Source of the DNA: Planctomycetaceae bacterium UBA7805
GTDB lineage: Bacteria > Planctomycetota > Planctomycetia > Pirellulales > UBA7805
DNA: 64,000 bases
NCBI GenBank assembly: GCA_002480485.1
Contig: DLCF01000033.1
Location: 35,990-99,989, forward strand
Reading direction: 5' to 3'
Part shown: piece by piece, positions 40,568 through 49,266 of the stretch
How the letters are laid out: each line of letters begins with the position of its first letter
Position numbering within the stretch: the first letter of the stretch is position 1
Notes under the pieces: model-generated
Databases searched by the model: none
What the model saw: only the letters and a program-made list of their open reading frames with translations
Told to the model about the DNA's origin: nothing
Made by a program: the position numbers and the translations under genes

Positions 40568-41367
40568 TGAAGCTTAACAACCCAATCACCAACAAAATCG
40601 CTGCACTGATTATGCAGGGGGTAGTCCGCAGCTGGATGGGCACCTTGGATTTCAAGGCCGCTGCCTATGATCCCTCGGTGGATCCCGCATCGCCCGATTG
40701 CCGGACCCGAGGCATCTACATTTTTTGGCACGAGTACATTCCTCTGTTAATGTATCTGCGTGGCAATTGTGATCTTGCCATGCTGATGAGTCGCCATCGT
40801 GATGCCGATATTCTTTCGCGACTGGCGATGCATTTCGGTTTTGACTTTGTTCGAGGATCAACCCGTCGTGGAGGGGATGGAGCGTTGCGAGAGATGATTC
40901 GCAAAAGCGATTCGATGCATTTGACGATTACGCCTGATGGACCTCGGGGCCCGAGAAGAGAATTAGCAGCTGGTTGTGTTTACCTGGCGTCAAAACTCGA
41001 GATGCCCATCATTGCAATGGGTCTTGGTTACGACCGCCCCTGGCGGGTATCAACCTGGGATCAATTTGCAATACCCAAGCCTTTTTCACGCGCACGCATC
41101 GTTGCAAGTCCCCGAATCTGGATTCCGAGAGACCTAGATCGTGAGGGTCTTGAGCATTATCGCAAACAGACTGAAACAGTTCTTGAGTCGATGACGATCG
41201 AGGCAGAGACATGGGCCAAGGCGGGCACATCAAAGAAAAATCAGATACCGGTTCGTCCGACGCCTCGACCGCTCCGCCACCCCGATTTTCTCGAGTACCG
41301 CAACTATACCTCGCGATCATCCGTGGCAACAAAACCGACAAGTTGCCGAACGCCGCGGGCCGCCTGA
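40567..41367 (+). CDS. DUF374-type lysophospholipid acyltransferase-family protein
   Basis: ATG overlaps the dapF stop (TAATG). FWHEYIPLL...SRHRDADILS...GSTRRGG..AL...ITPDGPRGPRRELAAGCVYLASKLEMPII. Confidence 0.7.
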   Translation: MKLNNPITNKIAALIMQGVVRSWMGTLDFKAAAYDPSVDPASPDCRTRGIYIFWHEYIPLLMYLRGNCDLAMLMSRHRDADILSRLAMHFGFDFVRGSTRRGGDGALREMIRKSDSMHLTITPDGPRGPRRELAAGCVYLASKLEMPIIAMGLGYDRPWRVSTWDQFAIPKPFSRARIVASPRIWIPRDLDREGLEHYRKQTETVLESMTIEAETWAKAGTSKKNQIPVRPTPRPLRHPDFLEYRNYTSRSSVATKPTSCRTPRAA

Positions 41368-41566
41368 TCCGTCCGGAAATTGTGATATCCACGCTGGGCG
41401 ATTACAGGCACTGATAGCATAACTTCCAGTCCGGCGTACGGTACGTTGATTCAAGTTCTGGAAAGATGTGATCTCAGGATCCGGGAATTCCGAAGAATAT
41501 GGTGGGCAACACCTCTACACGGAGTTTTGTCATATTGCTCCCTCACACTGATCGTAAAGTCACGTC

Positions 41567-41965
41567 ATGATTCGTTACGCGTATTGGATAGGAGGCCAAT
41601 CAGCCCTAATGCTGATGCTGCTATGTGCGACATCCGTCCAAGCGAGCAACTATCGCGAGGGGCTGATTCAGGGCAAAACCTGCGTGCCGGACTGTGTCCG
41701 AGATTATTGCTGCGATGACTATTGTCCGAAGCATGTGCCTTGTCTCCACGGCATCAAGACCAAATGCTGCGACGATTATTGCGAAAAACCGACTCCATGC
41801 ATCCGAAGGGCTTGCATCGTTTGTGACGACTACCGACCAAAATGTCAGCCACAGGTGCCCTGCCCTGCCCGCAAACTCACCTGCCAAAAGGGTTGTTCCC
41901 GGGACCGCTGTGAGCCATTTAGGGATATTCAGATCATGCGCACCACAGGTTTTTTGCGGAAATAG
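41567..41965 (+). CDS. Secreted cysteine-rich repeat protein (CCDDYC-x-K-x-x-PC repeats)
   Basis: Signal peptide ...LMLMLLCATSVQA. About 17 Cys in about 105 mature residues. Three copies of a C-[CV]-D-D-Y-(C)-x-K-x-x-x-PC unit. Confidence 0.6.
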   Translation: MIRYAYWIGGQSALMLMLLCATSVQASNYREGLIQGKTCVPDCVRDYCCDDYCPKHVPCLHGIKTKCCDDYCEKPTPCIRRACIVCDDYRPKCQPQVPCPARKLTCQKGCSRDRCEPFRDIQIMRTTGFLRK

Positions 41966-41994
41966 TTCGTCGCCCAAAAAACACCTAACGACGA

Positions 41995-43764
41995 CTACGT
42001 TCTTTCTTCCGAAGCCAACATGCGATCCGCAAGCGCCGTGGTCTCTGCGTCATCATTAGACCACAGTTCATTTAAATTTTGATGCATCCGTCGCCGCGCA
42101 GTCTGTAGATAGTAGCGGCCCGTTAATAACGCATCTTCACGTGCGCCGGCCTGACCGTTGGATCCGGACAGAATAAAATCTAGTCGTTTCAAAACACTAG
42201 CGCTGACATAAATTTCAGTCGCAACATCAGCAACTCTCCGCAAATGGTATTGGCTGTCAACAATGTCTTCCTGATATTTGCGCAAAAGTCGCTCAACGTT
42301 ACTACCAAGTTTACCGACCAAATTACCCAGCTTTGCCGCATCGTCTGTGAGCATCGCATGCTTCACCGGCACATGAGGCGAAACTACGAGTGACCCAAGT
42401 TTGCGCTTCGCGAAACGACTAAGTGTTGAAACGTTGCCCAGCGGACTCTTTAGCGCTTCAAGTACACCCTGTAGATCCATCCCGACATCACGCATCCCGA
42501 CAGCAGCGATAAAAACCTTGAGCACCTCATTTGCCCCCTCACCTATGGTGTTGATTCGGGCATCACGCATCATTCTTTCAAATGGTTCGTCGGTAAAATA
42601 TCCCTTCCCCCCGTAAAGCTGGATCGTGTCGTTGATAATTTCCCAAACTACTTCGGTTGCAAAAACCTTCAGCATGGCCGTTTCGACCATGTAATCGCCA
42701 TCCCCCGAATCCATCAGCGCCGCTGTCTGATACGTTGCCGATTCCATGGCAAAGGCACCTGCCTTCATGTGCGCTAGCTTCTGCTTCACCAGTTCAAAGT
42801 TCCCGAGTGATTGTTGGAATTGCACGCGTGTGTTGCAATGCTTCACAGCATGCTCAACGCAAAACTTTGCCGCTCCAGTGCAGCTTGCACCAAAGGTGGT
42901 GCGACCGTAATCAAGAACTGTGAGCGCTATTTTCAAACCTTTTCCCAGATCACCCAGCACGTTTTCATTAGGAACGAACATATCATGAAAAGCCAGGCGA
43001 CCGGTCGCTGTGCCACGGACACCGCACTTGTCCATCCGCTCCTCGACAACCTCAAAGCCCGGCATCTCCGGCGATACCAAGAATGCCGTAACCTTCGTCT
43101 GATCACTTCCCTCCACCGGCGTCCGTGCCATCACGGTAAGTGCTTGTGCGATTCCACCATTGGTAATCCACCGCTTCTGACCGTTCAGTCTGTAACCAGT
43201 GCCGTCGTCCGTAGGTGTCGCCGTGGTCTGGACATTTCCTGCATCGCTTCCAGCCTCTGGTTCAGTGAGGGCAAACGCGCTGATCCATTCCCCGGTTGCC
43301 AGTTTCGGTAGCCACTGCTTTTGTTGCTGCTCGTTGCCGAAAAGAACGATCGCCCGCGGACCAATCGAGTGATGTGCATTCACAAAAAGCGAAGTGCTTC
43401 CACAATGACCGGCAAGTCTCTCCACTAGACGGCAATACTGAGTTTGACTCATGCCCAGGCCCCCGGTCGATTTCGGCAGGCACGCGCCGAGAATTCGCAT
43501 TTGACCGAGACCATCAATCACTTCGTTTGGAATACGCGAATTCCGATCGATTGCCACAGGATCAATTTTTTCATCGCAAAAAGAACCCAATTTATCGAGG
43601 AGTTCGTTGCCTTCCTTATCCGCCCCAATATCCGGATAAGGCAGTAGCTTGTCACCTAAAAAATGCCCGAAGTACAGGGCTCGTGCGAAACCGATCTTAG
43701 CAAGCCGATCACCGAGTAATTCCTCGGCTTCAGCCATTTGTTTTTCCCGTAATGATTCCGACAT
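41995..43764 (-). CDS. Acyl-CoA dehydrogenase family protein (long form)
   Basis: AFALTEPEAGSDAGN...RWITNGG...GRTTFGASCTGAAK...LYGGKGYFTDEPFERMMRDARINTIGEGANEV, plus a C-terminal extension. Start is ATG 43764 or GTG 43767. Confidence 0.85.
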   Translation of the reverse strand: MSESLREKQMAEAEELLGDRLAKIGFARALYFGHFLGDKLLPYPDIGADKEGNELLDKLGSFCDEKIDPVAIDRNSRIPNEVIDGLGQMRILGACLPKSTGGLGMSQTQYCRLVERLAGHCGSTSLFVNAHHSIGPRAIVLFGNEQQQKQWLPKLATGEWISAFALTEPEAGSDAGNVQTTATPTDDGTGYRLNGQKRWITNGGIAQALTVMARTPVEGSDQTKVTAFLVSPEMPGFEVVEERMDKCGVRGTATGRLAFHDMFVPNENVLGDLGKGLKIALTVLDYGRTTFGASCTGAAKFCVEHAVKHCNTRVQFQQSLGNFELVKQKLAHMKAGAFAMESATYQTAALMDSGDGDYMVETAMLKVFATEVVWEIINDTIQLYGGKGYFTDEPFERMMRDARINTIGEGANEVLKVFIAAVGMRDVGMDLQGVLEALKSPLGNVSTLSRFAKRKLGSLVVSPHVPVKHAMLTDDAAKLGNLVGKLGSNVERLLRKYQEDIVDSQYHLRRVADVATEIYVSASVLKRLDFILSGSNGQAGAREDALLTGRYYLQTARRRMHQNLNELWSNDDAETTALADRMLASEERT

Positions 43765-44015
43765 CACATGTGGTCCTTCAATCGAACAAAACCATGGCCC
43801 CGCTTCGAGGAAATATACTCCAGCTTGATCCTACGAGCTACCGGAATCCGACCCGTAAGCGGACAGGAAAAATTGGCTCAAGGTGCATGAGTGCCTCTCA
43901 TAGCAATGAAAGTTGATGCGTGACTGGATAATCGGCCCTCTGAATGGCCACGCAATTTTTTGATCACATCTAAGACAGGACAAACAGACCACACAAAAAA
44001 ACTGTCCGTCTGAGG

Positions 44016-46052
44016 TCATGCTGCCCAATGGGTCTCTTCTTCCTCGGGTTCTTCGGCGGCATCCAGAGCCGCCAGATCTTCCGGCGAAAAAAAACGGCTC
44101 GCCAGCAATCGAATAGGGATCAAGCCGGCAATAAATAAAGGAAACAGTAAGCCAAGAAAACTGATCTTTACAATCCAGAGAATCGCCAAGCAGATTAACT
44201 GCAGAAGGGTAAACTTATGCACGGTGGCAATCGGTACTCTGCGCAGATAGTGCGTACTGGGATACAAACCGGGATCGATCAACCACAGGCTTAATCGCTC
44301 GAAAAATTGATTCGAAACCAGCGAGACAACCCCCATGAACAAAAACAGGCCGTAAAGCACTGCCAAAGGAATCGCCTTCATCAGCGGTAAAAACAGAAGA
44401 GTTGAACCGATCAGCACCACCGTCACCAGTGCGGTCAGTCGATTCTCGCGAACATGCAACACACGTTCGTGCTTGTAACCATCAGGCTTATTTACAACCT
44501 CCGTTGTCGCAAGCGAACGCACGTGATTAAGAGAGCGCACCGTCGCAGCAACCAGCCAAGGCATTCCGAACAAAGAGCAAATGCCAGTCAACACCGACAC
44601 GACTGCTAGATCAAGATGATAACCGCCACCTTTCTTTAAATTGTGGTCCGGACTGTTGACCAAGCGGGCAGCGATATTTTCCTCAAGGTAAATCAGTACC
44701 GTCACAAGCAGTGCCGGTCCGATCGCAGCAAACGGCAACCACACGGGAACCGACCAAAACGGGATCACCCAGGATCGCTGTTTTGTACCAACAAAAACAT
44801 CTGCGACATTCAGTTTATCCAGTTCAATCCCGCGGAACAGAAATGCAACCACCGTCATCAACAGGACGGCGATCGTGGGGCCAAAATCGGAGAGAAATTC
44901 TCGGAAATTCGACCGCAATAGCCGACTTCTTCGCATCCGTGAGAGGCCTGACGCGATGAAAAAGGTACCCAGCGTTAAGACAAGGGAAAACAGTGCGGTG
45001 TCATACGGGCCCACGTTCACGCGATCAAAAATGGAAAATAACCATCGCAAGGACTCATAGATAAATATAAATGAGATAAGAACCACAAAAATTTCGTCGG
45101 TGAACCGGGTAAAGTACCGCATCAGACAACACACTTCGGTCAATGAGAGAATCATCAGGAAAAGAGCTGTCCAGAGGCCGACCCAACAATAAGCGGGCAG
45201 AAAATCAATTCCATTTTGTTCGCACAGTGAGTAGAGAATCACGGTCATCACCAGCAGCGGACCCGTGTGTCCCAGGACAATCAACGGTTGACCTGAAAAA
45301 AGAGCGAAGATAACCCCACACACCGCAGTGGCAGCGATCATCTGTATCACACCAATCTCGTTGTTTGTCTGCACGGCAAGAATCGCACCAAAGGTGATGG
45401 TTGGTGTGAAGAGTGCAAAAAAAAGAAACAGGGCGGACCCAACTGATTTCTGATGTAATGCGTCGGTAAAGTCGCTCCGGTAGAAAGTGGCCCGACGCCG
45501 AATATCGGCCATCAGCCCTCCACCGAACCGCCCGGTATAATCAAGGCCGTCGAACGAATCACTCACCACCTCCACAGGTTGCGTTGTCCGGCGGAGATAT
45601 CGATCGAGGGCCGTTGTAAGGTCAGTATGGCTGTGGGCTCGAATTGCATCGAAGCGAAACTCATCATCTGACATCAAACGCGCGATGCTTGCCAGCGTAT
45701 CGAGGTGTCCCGCAGCGTCTCCCGGAGGGCCAAGCATGAAAAACAGAAACCGAGTGGGAATGCCATCCGGCGCGCCAAGATTTACGGCATGCGATAAGCG
45801 CGCAAAAATCACGCGCGGTTCCTGAAGGCCCTTTAGATAGGCATGGGGGATGGATACCGAGTGGCCAATCGCGGTCGGCGCCGTCTGCTCTCGCTCGAGC
45901 AATGCTTGCTCTACTGTCTCGGCCAGCTCAGCCGGAATCCACTGTTGCTGGACAGAAACCTGTATCGCCTCGTGAAAAATGGAGTTCAGATCCTGCGAGC
46001 GAATGTCCAGGATAACCTGATCATTTTCGAGCGCTTGTTTGAGTAATTCCAC
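44016..46052 (-). CDS. PTS EIIA type-2 (PtsN-like) domain fused to an SLC4/HCO3_cotransp-family anion transporter
   Basis: N-terminal about 150 aa: ...REQTAPTAIGHSVSIPHAYL...FFMLGPPGDAAGHLDTLASIARL. Membrane part: FGGGLMADIRRRATFYRSDFTDAL..SVGSALFLFFALFTPTITFG, a Band 3/Bor1-type opening, with about 12-14 TM segments. GTG start. Confidence 0.8.
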   Translation of the reverse strand: MELLKQALENDQVILDIRSQDLNSIFHEAIQVSVQQQWIPAELAETVEQALLEREQTAPTAIGHSVSIPHAYLKGLQEPRVIFARLSHAVNLGAPDGIPTRFLFFMLGPPGDAAGHLDTLASIARLMSDDEFRFDAIRAHSHTDLTTALDRYLRRTTQPVEVVSDSFDGLDYTGRFGGGLMADIRRRATFYRSDFTDALHQKSVGSALFLFFALFTPTITFGAILAVQTNNEIGVIQMIAATAVCGVIFALFSGQPLIVLGHTGPLLVMTVILYSLCEQNGIDFLPAYCWVGLWTALFLMILSLTEVCCLMRYFTRFTDEIFVVLISFIFIYESLRWLFSIFDRVNVGPYDTALFSLVLTLGTFFIASGLSRMRRSRLLRSNFREFLSDFGPTIAVLLMTVVAFLFRGIELDKLNVADVFVGTKQRSWVIPFWSVPVWLPFAAIGPALLVTVLIYLEENIAARLVNSPDHNLKKGGGYHLDLAVVSVLTGICSLFGMPWLVAATVRSLNHVRSLATTEVVNKPDGYKHERVLHVRENRLTALVTVVLIGSTLLFLPLMKAIPLAVLYGLFLFMGVVSLVSNQFFERLSLWLIDPGLYPSTHYLRRVPIATVHKFTLLQLICLAILWIVKISFLGLLFPLFIAGLIPIRLLASRFFSPEDLAALDAAEEPEEEETHWAA

Positions 46053-46446
46053 GATTAGCCCAAGGTGAAACGGATGACGGTTGGAGATGGGGACGATTTA
46101 CCGTTCGAAATAGTAAAAATCATCAACGTAGTTTGCAATCCAACTTGGCCAAAGTCTGGCCAAATCGCAAAAATTACCACATATCCGATACCGCCAATGT
46201 GTCTGTTGGGTGAATTCAGATGAAATGTCAAATCGCACTGACATGCTAGCATCGATCTATTTTGTTGACCGAAATTTTGCTGTTTCGCGTATATAGCACA
46301 AATTGATGACCAAATGTCTGACCGACCGAAGCCCTCAAAAACAATCTATTGCAAGTTGTTTCCCATGAACTTTAAAAAAAGTTAGACCAATTTTTAACTT
46401 GCTGCGTAAAATCTAATAAATCTCCTCCATACATCTCATCTCGCAT

Positions 46447-46453
46447 AAAGGAG
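46447..46453 (+). promoter_or_regulatory. Shine-Dalgarno (AAAGGAG) of csrA, containing a GGA core
   Basis: AAAGGAG lies 6 nt upstream of ATG 46460. Confidence 0.5.
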
Positions 46454-46459
46454 TATGCC

Positions 46460-46882
46460 ATGTTAGTTCTAACTCGAAAGTCGCAGGATTCCATTCGGAT
46501 TGGCGACCACATTAAAGTTACGATACTGCGAATCAAGGGGAACACTGTCAGAATAGGAGTTGAGGCGCCGGACGACGTGCGGATTGTGCGCGGTGAGCTG
46601 CCGCGGTTCGAGGATCCGGTGGAGTCTTCGTCCGGCCGCACGGCACCTCAAGTACGTGAACTAAACCGAACCGACGTAGATGATCACACGATCGCCGGCC
46701 CGGAAAGTGATCAAACGGCAGCGCATCCGGGCTCGAGTCCGCAGATGTCGACGTCTCGGCGAAAACCCTATTTGCCCTCTCAGTTAAATGACTCGCAACG
46801 TTCGCATCCGATCAGTGGAAGTCGGATGCCGACTGATGATATGACGGGAGGAGGGACTCATCTCCCTCTGCCACCGCGATAA
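46460..46882 (+). CDS. csrA: Carbon storage regulator CsrA with a long C-terminal extension
   Basis: MLVLTRKSQDSIRIGDHIKVTILRIKGNTVRIGVEAPDDVRIVRGEL is colinear with the E. coli CsrA core. About 90 further Pro/Ser/Asp-rich residues follow. Confidence 0.85.
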   Translation: MLVLTRKSQDSIRIGDHIKVTILRIKGNTVRIGVEAPDDVRIVRGELPRFEDPVESSSGRTAPQVRELNRTDVDDHTIAGPESDQTAAHPGSSPQMSTSRRKPYLPSQLNDSQRSHPISGSRMPTDDMTGGGTHLPLPPR

Positions 46883-46933
46883 TACGGCGAGCCATGGTTT
46901 TTCGAGCAGCGATTTCAATAAATCGCCACTCAG

Positions 46934-48985
46934 CTAAAATCTTGGCGTCAGTGACCGAACGGGACCGCCATCCGGTGGCGAACTCAAACGGCCGTCAGGC
47001 GTTTCCGGTGCGAATTGCGGACTCGCGATATCCGAAGCGACCGCCGGCCGCACGCTATCAAGGTGCTCCAATAGAATCCGACGAACCTCAAGGATGGTTC
47101 GTGGATGACGATGGATCGAGTGATGATCAGCATCAACAATGATTTCTGAAACGACATCGTCTGCTTGAGCACTGGAGATGGTGACCACGCCGTCTCCGTC
47201 TCCGGTAACTCGACGCAAAAAGTCTTTGCTTTCTGTGCGGCCGATCACGTTATGGTAAGTGACCCAGGGTGCCCGGGGTGCTGCCGCTAGAGATTTTAGG
47301 GCTGCGGATCCTGGAGCAAGCATTTCCAAGCTGGTCGGCGTTAGATCGGCAACATCGGTTTTCAATAATTTTGGATTCTCACTTTTAAGTTTTTGAAGCG
47401 AGTCCATGATCAATTTTGGCGGTTCTATCAACTGACTTCCAAGCCATTGGGTGGCCGAATTTGAAAGATCACTGCCGGAGAAGGGGGTTGCAATTGTGAC
47501 CACGCGTCGTACTGCAGGGTTCGCCCTGAAAAAGAAAAGACGCTCAATCTGTTTCCGCGTTTCGGGGTCTGCTTTTGCCATATTAAGAGGTTGTTCGGCA
47601 ATTTGCTGCCAGAATAGATCACCACTGTCGACTGATTGGAGCCGCGAAATCAATCCACCCATGCTGTGGCCCACCATGACGATTTGCTCCAGGGCGGGCT
47701 CTTCCTTTTGCGGATCCAGTATTTCTCTTAATTGAACCATCTGCTCACGCAAATCAGCTGCAGTGTAAACAAAAGGCTCACCGGTGGGATAAAAATAGCA
47801 CCAAAACTGATAATGTTTCCTGATCTCCGGGATACTGCGTAAATCGTTAAACATCGTCATCCAACTGATGGGGGTCGCCCAAATCCCATGGACCATAAGC
47901 ACAGGAATCTTGCCCGGCTGGTAGGGCTCCAACATATAGAGTCCTCCTGGATAGGGCGTTTGATCCGGTCGCAAAAGACCACTGGTTGCCGCTGCCGTGT
48001 CGGTATATTCGAGGTTATCGAGAAAATACGCCAGCGGTGTTGTCGAGTCACTTTGCAGGGGCACCACTCGATCAGCGACTTGCACGGTCGGTGTACGTAA
48101 CGGATCACGAAGCTCTAATACCGCTTCACGTATCATCGCACCCTCCGGCCCCATCCGTCGGGATGGGTGCATACGTAAATAGGCGGTAACCGGTACGCTC
48201 ATTCCTGGTGGATAGTGCGATTCAATCTGTTGATTTTTTTCAAAAACGGCACGCTTTGCAATAAGAGGTACGCCCAATCCATAAGTCCGATAGTGATTGG
48301 AAAGCCCGTTGATTTCATAGTCTGAAACAAATGCAAATGTTTTAAAACCGTCATCTCGAAGATGATCCACATGGGAAGTTATGCGAAACACAATCGATTC
48401 ACTCCCTGTATGACAAAAGTGCTGCAAACCCGGCTTTAATCCACCATGACGATTGGCAAGTCGCATAGCTCGATCAAGTGACTCATTGTAGAGATCACAG
48501 GCTTGGCGAAACTGGGGATCGTAAGTATTTCGTGTCGATGCAAACTTACTACCGAATAGATATTCAAAACTGTCTGCTGCAGCTGTCACATAAAAATCAA
48601 ATGCCTTTTTCTCGTCCTGATTTTCACTACGCTTTGCCAGCATGTTCGAAATTTCTGCTTGCGCGAACAGAATATGGGCATCATTTTCCGCATGCAAAAT
48701 GATCTGTAACTGACGCAGAACCTGCTCCGGATGGGTTTTAAATCTCTCCGCAAGGTCGTATTGCCTGAGAACTTGCCCCGTTCTCGGGCTCGGCTCAAGC
48801 GAATTGTGATCCCTGTAAACAAGTTGATTAAATGAGGACCAATCGGGCTGCTTTTTGATTAACCAATGGCTGCTCTGACAACCACCTACCAGTAAAATCG
48901 TCGACCAGACAATCACGACGAACGATAAAAGAAAAACAACACCGTTGTGGCGTCGGGCAAACGGTGGAGCGGGTTGGAGAGTCAT
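46934..48985 (-). CDS. Alpha/beta-hydrolase (lipase/esterase-like) lipoprotein
   Basis: Signal/lipobox ...TILLVGGCQSS. The C-terminal half has VLMVHGIWATPISW and the nucleophile elbow MVGHSMGGLISR. Confidence 0.65.
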   Translation of the reverse strand: MTLQPAPPFARRHNGVVFLLSFVVIVWSTILLVGGCQSSHWLIKKQPDWSSFNQLVYRDHNSLEPSPRTGQVLRQYDLAERFKTHPEQVLRQLQIILHAENDAHILFAQAEISNMLAKRSENQDEKKAFDFYVTAAADSFEYLFGSKFASTRNTYDPQFRQACDLYNESLDRAMRLANRHGGLKPGLQHFCHTGSESIVFRITSHVDHLRDDGFKTFAFVSDYEINGLSNHYRTYGLGVPLIAKRAVFEKNQQIESHYPPGMSVPVTAYLRMHPSRRMGPEGAMIREAVLELRDPLRTPTVQVADRVVPLQSDSTTPLAYFLDNLEYTDTAAATSGLLRPDQTPYPGGLYMLEPYQPGKIPVLMVHGIWATPISWMTMFNDLRSIPEIRKHYQFWCYFYPTGEPFVYTAADLREQMVQLREILDPQKEEPALEQIVMVGHSMGGLISRLQSVDSGDLFWQQIAEQPLNMAKADPETRKQIERLFFFRANPAVRRVVTIATPFSGSDLSNSATQWLGSQLIEPPKLIMDSLQKLKSENPKLLKTDVADLTPTSLEMLAPGSAALKSLAAAPRAPWVTYHNVIGRTESKDFLRRVTGDGDGVVTISSAQADDVVSEIIVDADHHSIHRHPRTILEVRRILLEHLDSVRPAVASDIASPQFAPETPDGRLSSPPDGGPVRSLTPRF

Positions 48986-49144
48986 GGCGTGTTTCCCGCC
49001 GGTCGATTGTCACAATGAAACAAGGCTACAGAGGTTGTGCTATTGCACGAGAACGCCCTTTGCAACGTAAAAAACAACCACGCGGCAAAAAAATAGGTCG
49101 CATCACCGCGGGCGTCAATGTCTTTTGAGCGTTTGCCAGAGCCA

Positions 49145-49174
49145 ATGCTAGCCACTCAGCGATCTTGCTAGCAT
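49145..49174. promoter_or_regulatory. Perfect 8-bp inverted repeat ATGCTAGC-N14-GCTAGCAT, candidate operator
   Basis: Read directly from the sequence, about 95-120 nt upstream of the MFS gene start (49267). Confidence 0.2.
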
Positions 49175-49266
49175 CAACGTTCGGTCGCCATAATGCGTCC
49201 GCTGAAATGCTGGTCTTCGCAGATGACTACAGCAGGCAATAAATTCGCAATGCACCGGAATAGAAA

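Noticed and set aside
42401-43700. Plus-strand ORFs (71-166 aa) inside the acyl-CoA dehydrogenase gene; likewise 49443-50024 (minus) inside the MFS gene.
   Set aside because: They are antisense shadow ORFs of confidently assigned genes, with no motifs.
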